Below, in pieces: positions 23,375 to 37,500 of a stretch of DNA of 64,000 nucleotides. The notes under the pieces were generated by a model, which searched no databases, was not told where the DNA came from, and saw only the letters and a program-made list of their open reading frames with translations. Location of the stretch: positions 1 to 64,000 of the forward strand of contig OZ237738.1 of assembly GCA_965178125.1 (NCBI GenBank). The letters run 5' to 3'. Within the stretch, counting starts at the first letter, position 1; the number at the start of each line of letters is the position of its first letter. Source of the stretch: Bilabrum cf. latius (Eukaryota). The position numbers and the translations under genes are program-made.

Positions 23375-26300
23375 TTACTGGCGACCGCGCGTCTCTGGGG
23401 TATCTTTGGTCCGCCACTGCACATGACAAGTGCGAGTTTTGCCGCTTGTAGCAAGCAGAATGTCCCGGGCCCCTGCTTCTGCCAAATCATACCGCTGGTC
23501 TCCCGAATCCGCTCGAACTGGCTTGCACACATGGGCGTGCTCAGTGGGTATGGCAACGTTTCGGCATTGCTCCAGCCTCGCCGACCATTCAGGCACAACC
23601 ACTAAAGGCGGTAGACCAACGTGAATATCCTCCGCCAACTGTTCGATTGCGCAGCCGCAGCCCACCATTACAGCTGAGCTCAATGACGTGTGCATGTACC
23701 TGCTGGTCAATCGTGCCATCTTTCCCTGCTGGTCAGTCGTGCCATCCTTGCTTGGCGCCCCAGCCGCACTATCTATCGCAGCAAGTTGTGCCGGCATCCC
23801 AAGGTGTCCAAGTCTGCACGCATCTGCGAATCGATCGTTGATGTCGCTCAGCAAGTTGCTGTCTTCATGTAGGTGCTACACAACCGGCGATGCGATCGGT
23901 AGGATGTTGGCGTACCCCACCGGGCTGCCACGATGCGGGGTTCCGTAGAATACGACAGACACCGGGGCTGGTGGAGCTTCGTTCTGCACGCCCCCACTAC
24001 CGGTGGTACTGGCGGTATCCAGTTTGGGTTGCTACCGTGTGGCTCGCAATTTCGCACCCCAGGGCCTGGTGAGCACGTGCTTGACCAGCACTCCACCCAA
24101 AGAGTGAGTCAAAAATAGCACAGGACATCCTGACTGTCCTACACCGGCGAGTTCGAGCTACTCTTCTAGCTATGCTGCCAATTCTGGCACCGAGGCATCG
24201 CGGCTGCGGTTAATCCTGGCGAAGGGGTCAGCATCAAAACCAATAGAAAGCACCCTGGCACCGACAGCGTATTTTCTAAACAGTTCTGGAGCGAGCCAAG
24301 CCACCGGCCAGATTGGCACCATCTATCCATTTTCGGCCCGGACCAACGAGCCACCAGCTTCAAGCCCGCTTGATTCACTTAAGCTGGCCACCACAGCTCC
24401 ACCCCGTGCAGACGAAGCACCGGGATCCGACGCAACACCCGCTCGCCAAGTCGTGTAAGCATCGCCCCGGAGGCCATGCACAAGAACGATATCAATGTTG
24501 AGAGCAGATCCTTCTCGACCTCGCCAGTCCATCAACGGGTGAATCATATCGCCGAATTTCTCTCGCCTCTCCACTGCCCCCGCACACTTCCCGCCTTTAG
24601 GAAATGCATACGGAAACGGGCTCTCTTGAGAGTGGCTACTGCTTCCCACAGCTGAGCCTTGACATGATGCTGCCACGTTGGAGACGACTCGCGCAAGTTG
24701 GGTCCGCAGCCGAATGTCGCCGGTCTCGCCATGGTGGACGAGCATTGCGGCGAGGCTGGACGCAGGCTGCGACGGACCTTTTGACGGTTCCCCCGTAGCA
24801 AGCATTCGGGTACTAACTGCTGCATAGTCATCATGCAGTGACAGATTTGCCACTGTTCTAACAAGCGACACTAGGGCGCTATTCCAAGCCATATCGCGAG
24901 TCTGCTTGTCCGAGCATGCCGAGTGAGCTTTGTCATTCCCACGCCAACGCTGTGAGAGGTGCGACCATAGCGTTTGCTCTGTCAGTGGCTAATCATTCCT
25001 GGAGCGTGAGAAAGTGCTTGTTTCTGCGATCGGGTTCGTTCCAGAGCATGTGAGGAGAAACACGGAAGACAAAGCACCAGCCGCCAGCAAGCTCCCTCGG
25101 CTGCCATCTACAAGAGCGTGTGTTTGGGCCATTCCGGCCCTAGCAGTGCGTCTCCAGCTGCTATCTGACTGGCCCGTCGTCCCAAGACTACTGCGATATT
25201 CAGTCTCGATCGAAGCGTTCGACTGTAGATCGGCCCCAGTCAGTGCTGCTATGCGATGGTTCGCGTCATCATGCGATTCGAGCATGACTGGAGGCACCTC
25301 CCCGGTCGCGTACGCACAAGCCTGAGCTGTTGCAGCAACGGCTTCTTCGCTCAATATTTCGTCGTAAAGGCAGTCCACTGCAGACCATAGAGTAGCTCGA
25401 AGCTCAGAGATCTCGTCAGCCATTCTCTACGCCACTGGTTTGGAAACCTTCTCAAAAACCAGACTCCAAGCTGGAGCTGAGCTATGCTCTGGTGTAGGGC
25501 TTGAACCGCTTCGAGATCCAGCTAACTCTGAAGCAGACCCAACATGACCCGTTCGACCGCCCACCTTCACGCTTAAGGCCTGGCGCACCGCATCGGTCGA
25601 CGAAGGGTCTCGAAAGCCAGGGAGGAGCACGCTTCCGATCCAGCCAGTACCAGCGGCAGGAACACGATCAGGCAGCTACTCAGCATCTTGAATGCCGCAT
25701 GACCACAACATGTGGCCAAACGACGCAAAGGGACCAGTCCCAGCAGTATTTTCACCACGAAGCCTTGGCGCTAGCACTCTCCAACGACTACTATAAAACT
25801 CATTCTAGTCCGGTGTTTCTGTGCTTTCTGCCTGATCTGAAGCATTATTGAGGTCATTGTTCGCTACCAAGCGTTCAAAAATGGATTGATGAGCCAATGA
25901 TAGCTCCTCAACGATCGCCTGGGCAGTAGACGTCAGCAGAAGCCGCTGGCTTGCCATGGCTGGGTCTTGGGCGATTCTTGCGGCTTCAACCAGGTACCTG
26001 TCGGCGATTCCAGCAACACAAGACAGTAAGTGCCGCAAAGAAGCGGATGCCTTGTCATTTGTATGGCTGGCAAGAAGCAGTTGCCTGCTCATCGTAGCCA
26101 AGCGACTAGCTGATACGGTTGGGCCACGTTGGCTACTTGTCGTGCGAAGCAGCTGGTCTCCACCGAGGTGCCGCTCCAAAGATGATACAGTAGGGCCAGT
26201 GGGCTAGGCTAATATCATCACAGCAGTCTCCACACCAACTCTAGCTGCTCGAATCCACTGCTATGGAACGCCTGCTCGCACGCGAGCAGAGGTGCCAGGG

Positions 26301-27742
26301 GGCCGAGTAGCTTCAAGTTTGCGTTGGGCAGCGCATTCGGCGACAGCCCCGAAGATGCCGGCTGCAGCTGAGCACAAAATGTCTGATCTAGGCGCATCGG
26401 TCATTGGTCTTGAACCAGACTTAGCGCTCTGCACCACGTTGGCAAGGCCATGTCCTTCGATGTGGTCCGCGAACAGACCTACACGAGATAGACTGCTCTG
26501 TATATCAGAGGCAAAGGCAAGCCACTGCGGTGAGTCGGGCAGCACCCCTTTATGATACATAGCTGCACCAGCAAGTGACCTTGCAAGAGTCCCTGCCGCG
26601 CGAGCTTGCCGCTCCATAGTCAACACAGACATGGCCACAAGAGGGGTGCATCGATGAGGCGCAGATGCGCCACCCGTCCTGCGAGCCGCGCGTGTGTCTG
26701 CGCTGCATAGTGCTTGCATTCCCGCGCTCCATGCATCAATGGATCGCCAAAGCGCCCGGCATCCAAGGATGAGTCTATCCTGCACCGAGCCGAGACGATC
26801 CTCTGCAGAGCTCGCATCTTCTACGGGCGCAGAGACCTCCGCTGTTTCGCCCCTGCTGAGACGGGAAGAAGCCTGCTGGAGGGTCAGCCGTGCTGCGGAT
26901 GAGCACTTCTTTAGCGCGTTCACGAGTATATCCAGCTTGCATGGCGTGTTCGGGTCGCTGGCCTGCCATGCGCATTGCAGCGCGGCTTGTTCAATCTGGT
27001 GACATCCACGGATACACACGTCAGCAGCGCACTCTGCAGCTGTCAGTAGATCAGTTGAATGGGAATCGCGTTCATAGTTTTTACTATAGGCCTCCAGACG
27101 TACCCCAACAGACGCGATGAATAGAGCATCCACTTCAGCTCCAGCCTCGAGTTGGAGCCCACCTGGCTGGCTGAGTACGCTGGCTCCGGCAGCATTTGCC
27201 AACGCTCTGCTTCCAATTTGCGTTGATGCCCACAGTATGCCGGCGGCTAGTCTATCGCGACCCTTCCAAAGCGTGACATCAATAGTCGTGGTGGCAGGGT
27301 CGCACCTCTGCGACGTAAACCAATCCCACATCTCTCTATTTAACCCGTCAATGGCAACGCTGCAGACGACTGGGTTCGAGTGCTACAAGAAGTGTTCAAG
27401 CACGAGCAAATCCTCCTGAACTAGCTTCTATGGGCTCATTCGGGGCACATAGTGCCTTGCGATAATTGACTGCGCTTCGTGAGGCAAGGCCTCAAGAGCT
27501 CTGAGTAACACCTGCATCCTTAGGGCAGAAACAGTAGGATAAATACCATGCAAATCTATGTCCTTTGTTCTGCCTGGGTCGTGCCTGGCACCGGGAACCT
27601 ATTTGTCGCAATGAGCGACATCGGATCCGTCCTGTCCGAGCGACATTGCAATAGCTATAGCCACTGAAGCAGACGAGGCAGAGGCGCATACGCACGGTAA
27701 GGTAATATGGATACGCCCAAGGATCCGCCTGCACGTAAACAT
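23375..27742 (-). CDS. SERAC1: SERAC1-like protein with C-terminal alpha/beta hydrolase domain; start approximate
   Basis: IDIVLVHGLRG, WPVAWLA, THSLGG, VFYGTPHRGS and HAHVCKP in one frame across many TAGs; ends in TAA. Confidence 0.8.
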
Positions 27743-27911
27743 GCCTGCGAGGGCAAACGTCAGGTCAACAAGGGTGAACCGCCCAGACACCGCAGCCAGC
27801 GTCGCCGGCGGCGACAAGTTCCGCAGTCCGGTTTCAACTTGCACAGGTGGAGACTGAGGGTGGCAGTTTGCAAGAGGTCATACACAACGCGCTGAACTTT
27901 CAAGTAGGAGA

Positions 27912-30900
27912 TTAAAGCCACCTCCTGCCGCTGTTGCTTCCCCTGCTACGCGACCGTGGCCTCGACCCCGACCTACCTCTAGATCTGCTTCTTGCACCGT
28001 TTCTTCCCCGAATCCGCGCACCAGAGCGGGTCCGACCCAGCACGGCCTGGCCATCCTGGCGGGGCCCGGCATCTTGGATCCCGCCCGTCCGCCCCATTCT
28101 CCCTGCAGCAGGCTGCCTTTCCGCCCCGACCTGCCGCACCGCGCCTGGGTCCGGGTCCATTCGCCCGAGCGAGGCCCCGGCCAGGCCCCTGCTCCTCCCA
28201 GAGAGCGGCCGCCGCGCCCCTCCCGCGGCAGGCACGCGTCGCTCGCTCACAACACCGCGAGCCGAGAGCCTCTCAGAGCCACTGGCAGGTCGCCGGCCGG
28301 AGCCTGGGGCCCCTCCAGCTCCCTGCCGCGGCAGCTGGCCAAGCGGCAGGGCAGCTACCGCAGCACTGCCTTGCTGAGTTCCACTGACGGCAGACCCATA
28401 CACCGCGTGCAGCTGCTGGGCCTTGGACCGGGAGCGAGAGGCAGACCTCGACCTGGACCTGCTCGTCCGGCGCACCCCGGCGCTTCTGGTGGGCCGGCCG
28501 GTGGCAGTCGCTCGCACCGGACCGGAGTCTCGCATGGCAGTGGCAGATCGGGTGTGCTCCGTGGGCCCGGCGAACATGCGGGCAGCCTGTGCCGCCCTGC
28601 CCGCTGGTGACCGGGCCACCACTCGATCTGCAGCCGCTCGCAGCACAGCATCGGCGGGCTCCTCGCTGCCTCGTGCGCCCTCATCTCCGCTGTCGCTGTC
28701 TGGCTCCCGGGCCGGGCTCGACGGGGCCATGCGGGCGGCGGCGAGGGCGCCCGAGAGCGACGAGGACACGGTCATGGGCGTGGGTTGCCGCGAGTGGTCC
28801 GCGCTCCCAGTGGGCTCATCAGCTGCATCTGTGTCAGGATCCCGACCGGATCCATTCGTATAGACACTAGGGTCATGGGCGGATCCAGCCCCACTGGGCG
28901 GTAGACCGCCGGGAGCGGCGTCGTGCTCCGCTTTGACCGCACCATGCTGCGAGGCGCCGCCCCTCTCTCGGGCCCCACCACCAGCCCCAAGCCCTCGACG
29001 CGAGCCCTCCGCAGCAGACCGAGCCCGCGACTGCGTCTCTGATCGGCTCGACTTGGCCGCGGCCCGCTCGCGACGCTTCTGCTCTCTCTGCAGCTTCCTC
29101 AGCTTCCTCTGCTCCTTCCTCTTGATCCTCTCCTGGGTGAATGCCTTGGCCTCCGCGATGATCATGTCGCGGTAGTTCCCCGCCGTGAGGCCCTCGTCTG
29201 CCTCGTGGTCGAAGTGCAGGCCTCGGTGCGGGCTGTGCGCATCTCCTTTCCCCGCCAGGGGCCCGGCCCCAGGACCCAGCTCCATGCCCGCTGCATCCCC
29301 CACGCCCATGGACCCCGACATGGACGCACCCAGAGACATGGACATCGAGCCTTCGCCCGCGTCGCGCATGCGGCGCTGCGCGTCCTGGTATGCCTTGGCC
29401 TCGGACTTGCGCTCTGCAGGAGTGCTGACCCATGCACCTGCCCGGCCCGCCCGGTCCACGGTGGAGGCTCCCACCGGTGGACTGCTCCCACCTGCGCCCT
29501 CAGACACCCGGCCAGCCGCTCCCCCGGCGGCAGTGGGGCCCGGAGAGCCGCTTCCGCCTGCCGCTGCCAGCACAGCCCGTTCTGCAATCGCCACTGGGGG
29601 GGATGCGACACCGCCTCCACCGCTTCTGTCCCGGGTGGCCCCTGCAGGCGCGGAGGCGGCGCGGGAGGCGTGCGAAGACGAGCCATCGGGTAACTTAACT
29701 CCCTCGGGCCGTTGCGCGGCCAGAATACCTGAAGGCTTGCCCGCTAGCACGTCTGCCTGGTCCCGCCGCCCGAGCACCACGGGGGCCCTTCGGCCTGGGC
29801 CCTCGGGGAGCGGAAGCACAGGGTCTGGCGTGGTGTACTGCGCCCGCACGTCATCGAAGTACGGGTGCTAGAGGGCCTCATCCACGGTAATGCGCCGGTT
29901 GGGGTGGAAGACCAGCATCTTGGCGAGCAAGTCCAGCACCTGCGGGCTGGCGCGGGGAAAGACGTCCCGCCAAGCCTTGGCGGGCCGCTTGGGCATGGAC
30001 TGCACGAAGTGCAGTGCCTCCTCGGAGCGCACGTAGTCGATATCGTCGTTCGTCGGGGTACCAATCACGTCAAAGATTAGCTTGAGTTGGTGCATGAAGT
30101 CATTTCCGGGAAATAGAGGCTTGCGGTGCAGCATCTCAGCCAGGATGCAGCCGACGCTCCACACGTCGATCTGCGCGTCGTAGGCCCCATCTGCGCAACG
30201 TGGTGGGATTGGCTGGATAGGGGGGGGGGGTGCGTGGGAATGTAAGGGGAAGCTGCTAGGGAGTGCGGATGAATGCCAGTGCCACCGTACACTAGTCGCT
30301 AGGTGGCCTCACCCGCCGACAGCATCAGCTCTGGGCTCCGGTACCAGCGTGTAACCACGTGCTCGGTCATAAGCTAAGTGGGGTCGTCTGGTGCCAGTCG
30401 GCTGAGGCCGAAGTCGGAAATGCATAGGTCGCAGCTCTTGGAAACGAGCAGATTAGCTGGCTTGAGGTCGCGGTGGATGATGCCATAGCGGTGAGTGAAC
30501 CTCAGGCCTCGCAGCAGCTGGAATGTGAAGTGTTTCAGATGGGCACTCGTGAGTGCTTGCTTCGACTGGATAACCCTGCGAGGAATGGACGACAGCTCAC
30601 GCCAATACCACTCAACAACGGACACTATCAGGTGTCGCTCAGATGGTGAGAGAGCGAGAGGATCCTCGCTAGAGGCAGACTGGATGTGCGGCTTACTTGT
30701 GCAAATCTGTGTCCATAAGCTGCATTACAACGTACAGCTCGTCATCGCGCTCTTTCACAATGAGATCCTTGAGGCTAATGATGTTTTCATGCCTGCGCAC
30801 AGTCAATGGACCGATCGCATTACGGGACAAACGTCTCGGATAGGCCAGGCACCGCAATAATTTGAAGTGGACACTTGAGTAAAAACTGTGTGAGAGCTCG

Positions 30901-31148
30901 CACCTTCCAAGATACCGCAGCATTCGAATCTCTCGAAGGCAGTGCTTGCCGTCGAGCGCTGTCTCGGCCATCGGGGTGATTTTCTTGATAGCTACCTTCC
31001 CTCCAGTTTCCTTGTTCCTGGCTGCTACAACTACACCGTAAGCACCTTTGCCAAGAGCTTTGATCGGCTGATACTGCTTGGGAATCTGGAATGGCGAGCC
31101 GTACACAGAAAACCTTCCATCGGGTAGCTGCTTTATACTTCCTGACAT
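27912..31148 (-). CDS. MAP kinase with TEH activation loop and long low-complexity C-terminal tail; introns 30793-30903, 30576-30696, 30191-30312
   Basis: GKGAYGVV, VAIKK, HRDLKPANLL, DFGL, MTEHVVTRWYR, DVWSVG, EAL*HPYF; ends in TAA. Confidence 0.92.
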
Positions 31149-31534
31149 TCGTCCGATATATCAATCAAGTATTGAGATTGATCGTGATTCGCCAAGCGCC
31201 CAGTCACAAGGACGTCAATACACCACGCTATTTGGGTGGGACGGAAGTGTTGTTACCGGATCGGTGGGCTGGATCGCAAATGGCGCCACAGTGTGATGCA
31301 CCCACACTGCAACGGAACGCATTTGAGTAAAACACGATTATTTCGTAGTCTGGAGAGCGAAATAGTTTATCAGCATCAATTTTGTGATTAGCAGTACTAT
31401 CACTAGACCGTGCTTTGAGCTCTGCCTGAGACGACTCTCCGTATCACCTTGGTCTTGCGACCTCTTCCGAGCAGCAGCAGATTTGCTGCTAGTCGCACAT
31501 TGGCTTGCACTTGATTGTTTCCAGCCCGGCAAGC

Positions 31535-34500
31535 ATGGCAAGAAGGGAACGTGAACATCTTATCAGGGCACTCCCCCCTGTATAGGCAACTGCGGATCCG
31601 TTGCTGTCGCTGCACAAGCCTGTTAACCAAGTGCGTGAGATAAACAGCAAGAGTGGATCGAAGATCATGACTATGCGGTTCGCCCCAAAGCCAACAGCTG
31701 GCATGGCAGTTGGGGACGAGGCACGAAGGATAGTGCAGGAGGCAAAACTCGCTCCAGATGGCGTGATTGCAGTTTCTGCCCAGGAGATCGATGACACTCT
31801 GAAGGGCGCAAAGAAACTCGTTAGATAGCGGAAGCGAGATGCCTCAAAGAAAGCAAAACTTCGTGGCTTTGCATAGAGTAGGAAAAAGGGTGCGCCAGCT
31901 GCCGATGATGGCGCAGATTCTGGTGACAGCGAGGGCGCAAGGTACGAATCCGGTGGTATACCGGGCACAGATGCAGCCGATCGAACCTTGGTTGGTCGGT
32001 ACCTTCGCTTGTTGAAGAGCCGTGAGGCTGCAGCCCTTGCCGACCGTCAAGAGCGGGAGGAGCAGTATCGGCTGCACAAGGACGCGGTCAAATGGCGGTC
32101 CATCTACCAGATGCACCTGCACCTGGCCACGCTCGGCTCGACCAGATATGACCCGAGAAGACCGCTGCTGGACGAGCCCCAGAGGCAGCACGCCGAAAGC
32201 CTGGCCCGAGAGAGGCGCATGAGGCGCAAAAAGCTGCGGCTAAGGCGGGAGCGCAACCGTAGGAGAAGGCTGCGTCGTGCCCGGGGAGAGGCGGACGAGA
32301 GCAAGGTGACTGGGGTGCGGGAATAGGGGAGCAAGTCTGGGGGAGAGGAGGACTCTGACATCCTCAGCTCGTCTGACACTGACGAAGAACTGCGGCGTCG
32401 GCGAGAGCAGAAGCGCAAGGGCAGGCAGCAGCGGCAGGCCACCGAGGCCACTCGCGCCGCTGAGAGGATGGGCCCTCTCGGCGTGCTGCAGACCGCCATG
32501 GGCCCTCTCGTGTCGTACCTGCAGCCACCTTCCTCCGATGACGAGGATCAACCGCCATGGAGCGAAGAGGGGCACGGCAGGCTCAAGGCAGCCGGCGTGG
32601 TGTGCCTGCCCCCCACAGAGTCGGATGACGAGCAGGGGCCTGCGATGCTGCAAGCGCCGCACTCTGTGGCAGCGCAGCGGGGGTCTGGTGGGGCATCGGG
32701 AAAGGGGGCCGGCTTGAGCACGGAAGAGGCTGCGAGCCAGCAGGCAGGATAGATCAGCTCGCAGCTGGTTGGACTTGGGAATGCCCTGCGGCAGTTTCAG
32801 TACATGTCGAAGCTGTTTCGAGAGCTGTATCGGGCCAACCCAGGGGTCTAGGTCACGCAAAGCAGGTTCATGGGTGCTGTGCGCAACCTCTCCTCCAGCC
32901 TCATGACTGACCGAATCGACGCTGCTAGGAAGAAGAGAGTTGCTCTCGTCGAGTAGGCCAGTCGGGCGGTGCACCTGGTGCTTGCCCTGCGGGAGGCACT
33001 CGGCAAGCCCCTCGAGCAGGGTCTGCTGCAGCATTCGGCTTCAGGTGTATCTGGCACCCACGGGGGTGCCATGGTTCCTTTTGGGGCTGGTGTCAGCCGA
33101 TCATCCCGTGGCAGGCGTGGATCAACGAGCGGTTACGATGCGGACAGGGGCATGCTGGCCAGCCGCAGCCTCGCCTCGAGGCAGTCGCGCACGTCGGTGC
33201 TCAGCCGGGCGTCGCAAAGAGACCCTTTCGCAGCCGTGAGAGATCCGAATACAGGCGCAGTACCTGTGCCTCAGCTTGCGGAAGACGCACCGGCCTGGAC
33301 TACAGCCGAGATCGATGCAGTACAATCCAAGGTGCGTCGCCACTTCGCGGGTGGACCGGCCAACGGCACCGCAAGCGCCGCCAAGCGCGGGTACGGGACC
33401 GTCAGCGGCACAACTATGGCTCAAGTCAGCGATCCAGGTAGATTCGGTCTAGAAATGGCTGCGGGAGGTGCAGCCGAGCTGCAAGGTGCCGCCCGCGAAG
33501 AGGTCTTAGAGGCGGCGCGGGTGTTTGGACCCGGGCTGCCGACTGCCGTCGCTCGCAGGAAAGTGCAAGCGATGCGGAGAGCTGAGCGCCTGGAATAGTC
33601 GAAGGGCCTCGGTAGCCTTGCTGAGCGCAAGAGTATGTGGTGGGCATAGCAAGACGACGATGTCGTCAAGCTACGCAAACGGCAGAAATCGGCGGCTATT
33701 TAGCGCGCCCAGGAGCGCAGAATGCTCGGGCTGCCCCCGGAGGAAGAAGAGGAGGCCGAAGCCGCTGCAGCTACGAAACTGGCTGGTAGGAGCCGGAAGC
33801 TTTCCCCGGTGAAGGGAATGGCCAGGAAGGGGTCCAAACTAGGACCGGCACCGAAAGGCAGACCCCCTGGTGCAACTGCTGTCCTGGACTTTGGGGTGCT
33901 GCCGATCGGAATTTCACTGCGGCTGTCGGCAGATGAGACCAGGGAGCTGTTTGGAAGCTTGGCACCTGCCTTGCCACTTGCTGTGGCATCTAACAAGCCC
34001 GTGCCGTCCCGCCTGCTGACGCGAGTCTCTCGCTTGCTGACGCTTCCACCTGAAATGGGTCGCAAGGCGCCTCCGCACTTGTTTGGACCCAACGGTGCAG
34101 TCTCCCTGCAATCTTCACGCGTTCAGGCATCTTCTTCGCACGAATCCACGTGGGTGGTGCCGTAGTGGCTGCACACTGCTCTGTGGCCGTTACGTGGCTC
34201 AAAAAAAGTCGACCATGCAGCCACTACCTGGGCAGCTTTGGCTCTTGCATAGGACGAGGCAACCCGCGCTGCGCAGGCCATGAAAGGCTAGAAAGGACCG
34301 CCGCTTGTGCTGCATAGGCAAGGATGGACAGTCGATGACGCTGTGTACAGCAGCGTTGACGATATCCCCACGGCCCAGCGGCACGACAACCGGATCGCTA
34401 CTCTCGCCTACATCCAGCGGCGAATCCGCCCAGTGTTGCGATGGGCAGAGCATGCATCTCGAGCAATGTGCGTGAGGGATACTGGGGTACCCAAGAGTGG

Positions 34501-37500
34501 TTCCGCAGCTGCAGCAGAGGAAAATGCAGCGGATGAGGGAGGCTCGATGCCATGGAGGGAGCTCCTCGTCTGCCTTCGGATCATGAGTGACCCATTCAGC
34601 TTGCCTCACCAGCATCTACGGTGGGCATTCTAGATGTACGGATCGGAAGCAGAGCTAGACCAGCGATAGCTACCTTCCATCCGGCTGTTTGACCCGGTGC
34701 CGCGGCTGACGCCTCCAAAGACTGGGTGGGCCTCCAGAGCTCTCATCAATGCAGAGTGGGCGACCAAGCCGTAGCTGCCTGCAGGACGCCCCGGCGGGCC
34801 GCTGCAGCGTCTGGTTCGCCGCTTCATCTAGGAGGGCGGAGGTAGGCACAGGCGTTCTGAGTTTGGGCTCCCCCCAGCTGGATCCAAGCTGATGCGAGCC
34901 TTGAGTGCCCCGCATGGGGCGGCAGGGAATCCGGCGCTGGACGTTCGAAGATTCTTCAAGGCTGCCGAGTCTATAGCAGGGCCAGACGAGGAGGACGGAG
35001 CAGCCGGTGATCCAGCCGCTGCCTCGGGCGCGATTGCAGGCAGTGCACCCACGGATGGGCTTTCTCAGCCGTCTATTGCAAGCTCTATCGGCATGCAGAG
35101 CAATGCAACATCCTCGACAGCGCTTGTGGCGCGTAATGTGAGGAGGTCATCCATCACAGGCAAGATCCTGAAGAAAAAGTAGCTTACTCCGTATGAGCTG
35201 GCCCGAGCGTTGCGAGAGCGATCGTCTGTCTTGTTCTAGCAGAGTGATCATGACGGGCAGTCTCCTAGCAAGGGGATGGACGCGTCCGGGGCCCTCATGA
35301 TGTCATCCGTGGAAGCCAAGCAGAGGGCGTACAACGACCCGCAGGCGGCTATCAGGTACATGCAGCTGGCAGAGGCGCAGGCAGATGCCAAGCGCAAGAA
35401 AAAGCTTCACAAGAAGGTCCACAGCGGCGCCATTGGGTGGTCAGTAGGAGCGAAGCAGCCGATTGACGTGAGCTTCAAGCACTGGCCAGGCCAGCACAGT
35501 CGTGCAGCGCGCCCAAAGCGAACACAGGCCCGAGGTGAAGCCATGATGCAAAATTCCATTCTCAGCAAACACAAGAAGCGTATTACTGGCCGTCGTGGGA
35601 AGCAGCATGCAGCGACTCGGCCCGCTGGATAGCAGGGCTTGCTGGAGCAGGGTGTGTCTGGGCCAGGCGGCCAAGGCGTGATGCTGTCACCAGACCCGAA
35701 GCTTGGGAAGGTTGACGAGTTTGACAAAGGATCGAGGGAGTGGTATCCAGATGTCGCATGTCCGACGGGGGCCATTGCTGGCATGTTTGGCAGCGTCTGT
35801 GGCACTGGGGACCAGCGCTTGGACATGGAGGATCTGGTGATGGGAGTGCAAAGCCTATCGGTATTGCCCATGCCACCACCCCGAGAACTGGCGTACACTA
35901 TCGCAGACTTCCGGCAGATGCACAGGAATGCAGAGCAAATGGCAAGGCAGAAAACAGCCGTGGAGGAAGCTGCCGCTCGCACCCTGGAGGCGGCTGGAAA
36001 GCGACCCAAGGACAAGTGGGTGCTTGACGAAGAGAGCGGGGCGTACGTACTGGTTCAACGATTACCACCGGGCCTTGATGTGGTCGCATCGAATGGGCCT
36101 CCCATGAATCAAGACATGGTGTCTTTCGATGATGCAGCCGGCACCTAGGCCGAGAAAGACCGCAAGAAGAAAGGACGAATCAGCGCAGTTCGACGACTGA
36201 GTATGGGGAACGAACAAGCAGTGGCGGTATCTGTGTTGCAGGAGAGGCGGGGCATCGAGCGCATCGACGATGACAACAGCAAGAAAGGTGGGGCAGATGA
36301 GTCTGCTGAGGAAGCCGCAGCTCGACGCAAGGCTCGGCTGGAAGCGGCGCGCTTTGGAGAGAAGGTTGATTTGTCTGTGAGCACCATGGTGGGGTTCTCG
36401 AGGGAGGGTGGCGGTGGGGACAAGAAGTAGAGCCAGGCGAAGCGGACTGCCCTGGAAGTCTTCAGCATGCTGGAGAGCAGCTTGGAAGGGGCGGGTGAGA
36501 ACTGGGGCAAGGAGGCAGAAACTGCAATTGCCAGATCAATGGGCTGGAAACGGAAAGGCTCTCGTTGGGTCTAGTCGGATGACCAGAGCCTCGTCCAAGC
36601 ATTGGTCGATAAGGTGCCCGGACTGGAGGACGAAGATGAGCTCGCGATCCAGCGGAAAAGGCGCGCACAGGAGAAAGCTGATAAGGAGAAAGACACCGAA
36701 AAGAGCGCGGCTGAGCAGCTTGCTGCCCTGATTGGAGGCGGGGGTGGCGATTCAGAGGATGATGACGAGACCGCGGGCACGATGACTGCAGCTCGGCGCA
36801 AGAAGAGGAGGCCGCGTGGGTACAGCCCAGGCGTACGCTCCGAGGCGCTCCTCACAGCTGCAGGCCGATATGATTGGACTGACAGCGACGAAGACGTTGA
36901 AGTATCCCGCGGCATTGATGACACGACTATCCGAGACGAGGAGGAGCGTGCTGAGCTGCGACAGATGCAGCACAGGTGGCGCCTTACGCTCATATCCATG
37001 CTCCGGGACGTATTCCGGGACGGGCCTGCTCTTGCAGGGCAGGGCGACAACAAGGTTTCCTTGGTTCGATCCAAGGCAGACGGGAATGGCCTTGAACCCC
37101 GCCCCACTGTCTCACTGCGGGACTTCGATTCCATGGTCTGCTCGCCCCCTCTGCTGCGACTGCTGCGACCCAGGCGTGACTACGAAATCAAGACCGACCG
37201 CCCGGCTTGTCGATTCGAGACGTTTTATCCAAAGGTACTGCTGCAGCATATCATCCGCTCTCGCGATGCCTATAGAAAAGCGTTTGCAATGCTCAAGGTC
37301 CTGCGCCGTTGGACCATGCTCGAGATGTTCGGCATCTTCGAAAATTGGATGGGTTGGGTCGTGCGTCGAAAGCACACTCGGTGGCGCTTGCAAAGACTCA
37401 ATGACTCAGTTCGGCGAAATGGCATGCGCCGGGCAATGCGCCAGTGGGCCAGGAACTGCACCGTGGCTGCAGCAGCCGAGCGACTGCAGTCTTCCTGGCG

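Noticed and set aside
27934-29871. Long plus-strand ORFs opposite the MAPK tail, and similar antisense ORFs elsewhere
   Set aside because: Shadow ORFs of GC-rich coding sequence on the opposite strand
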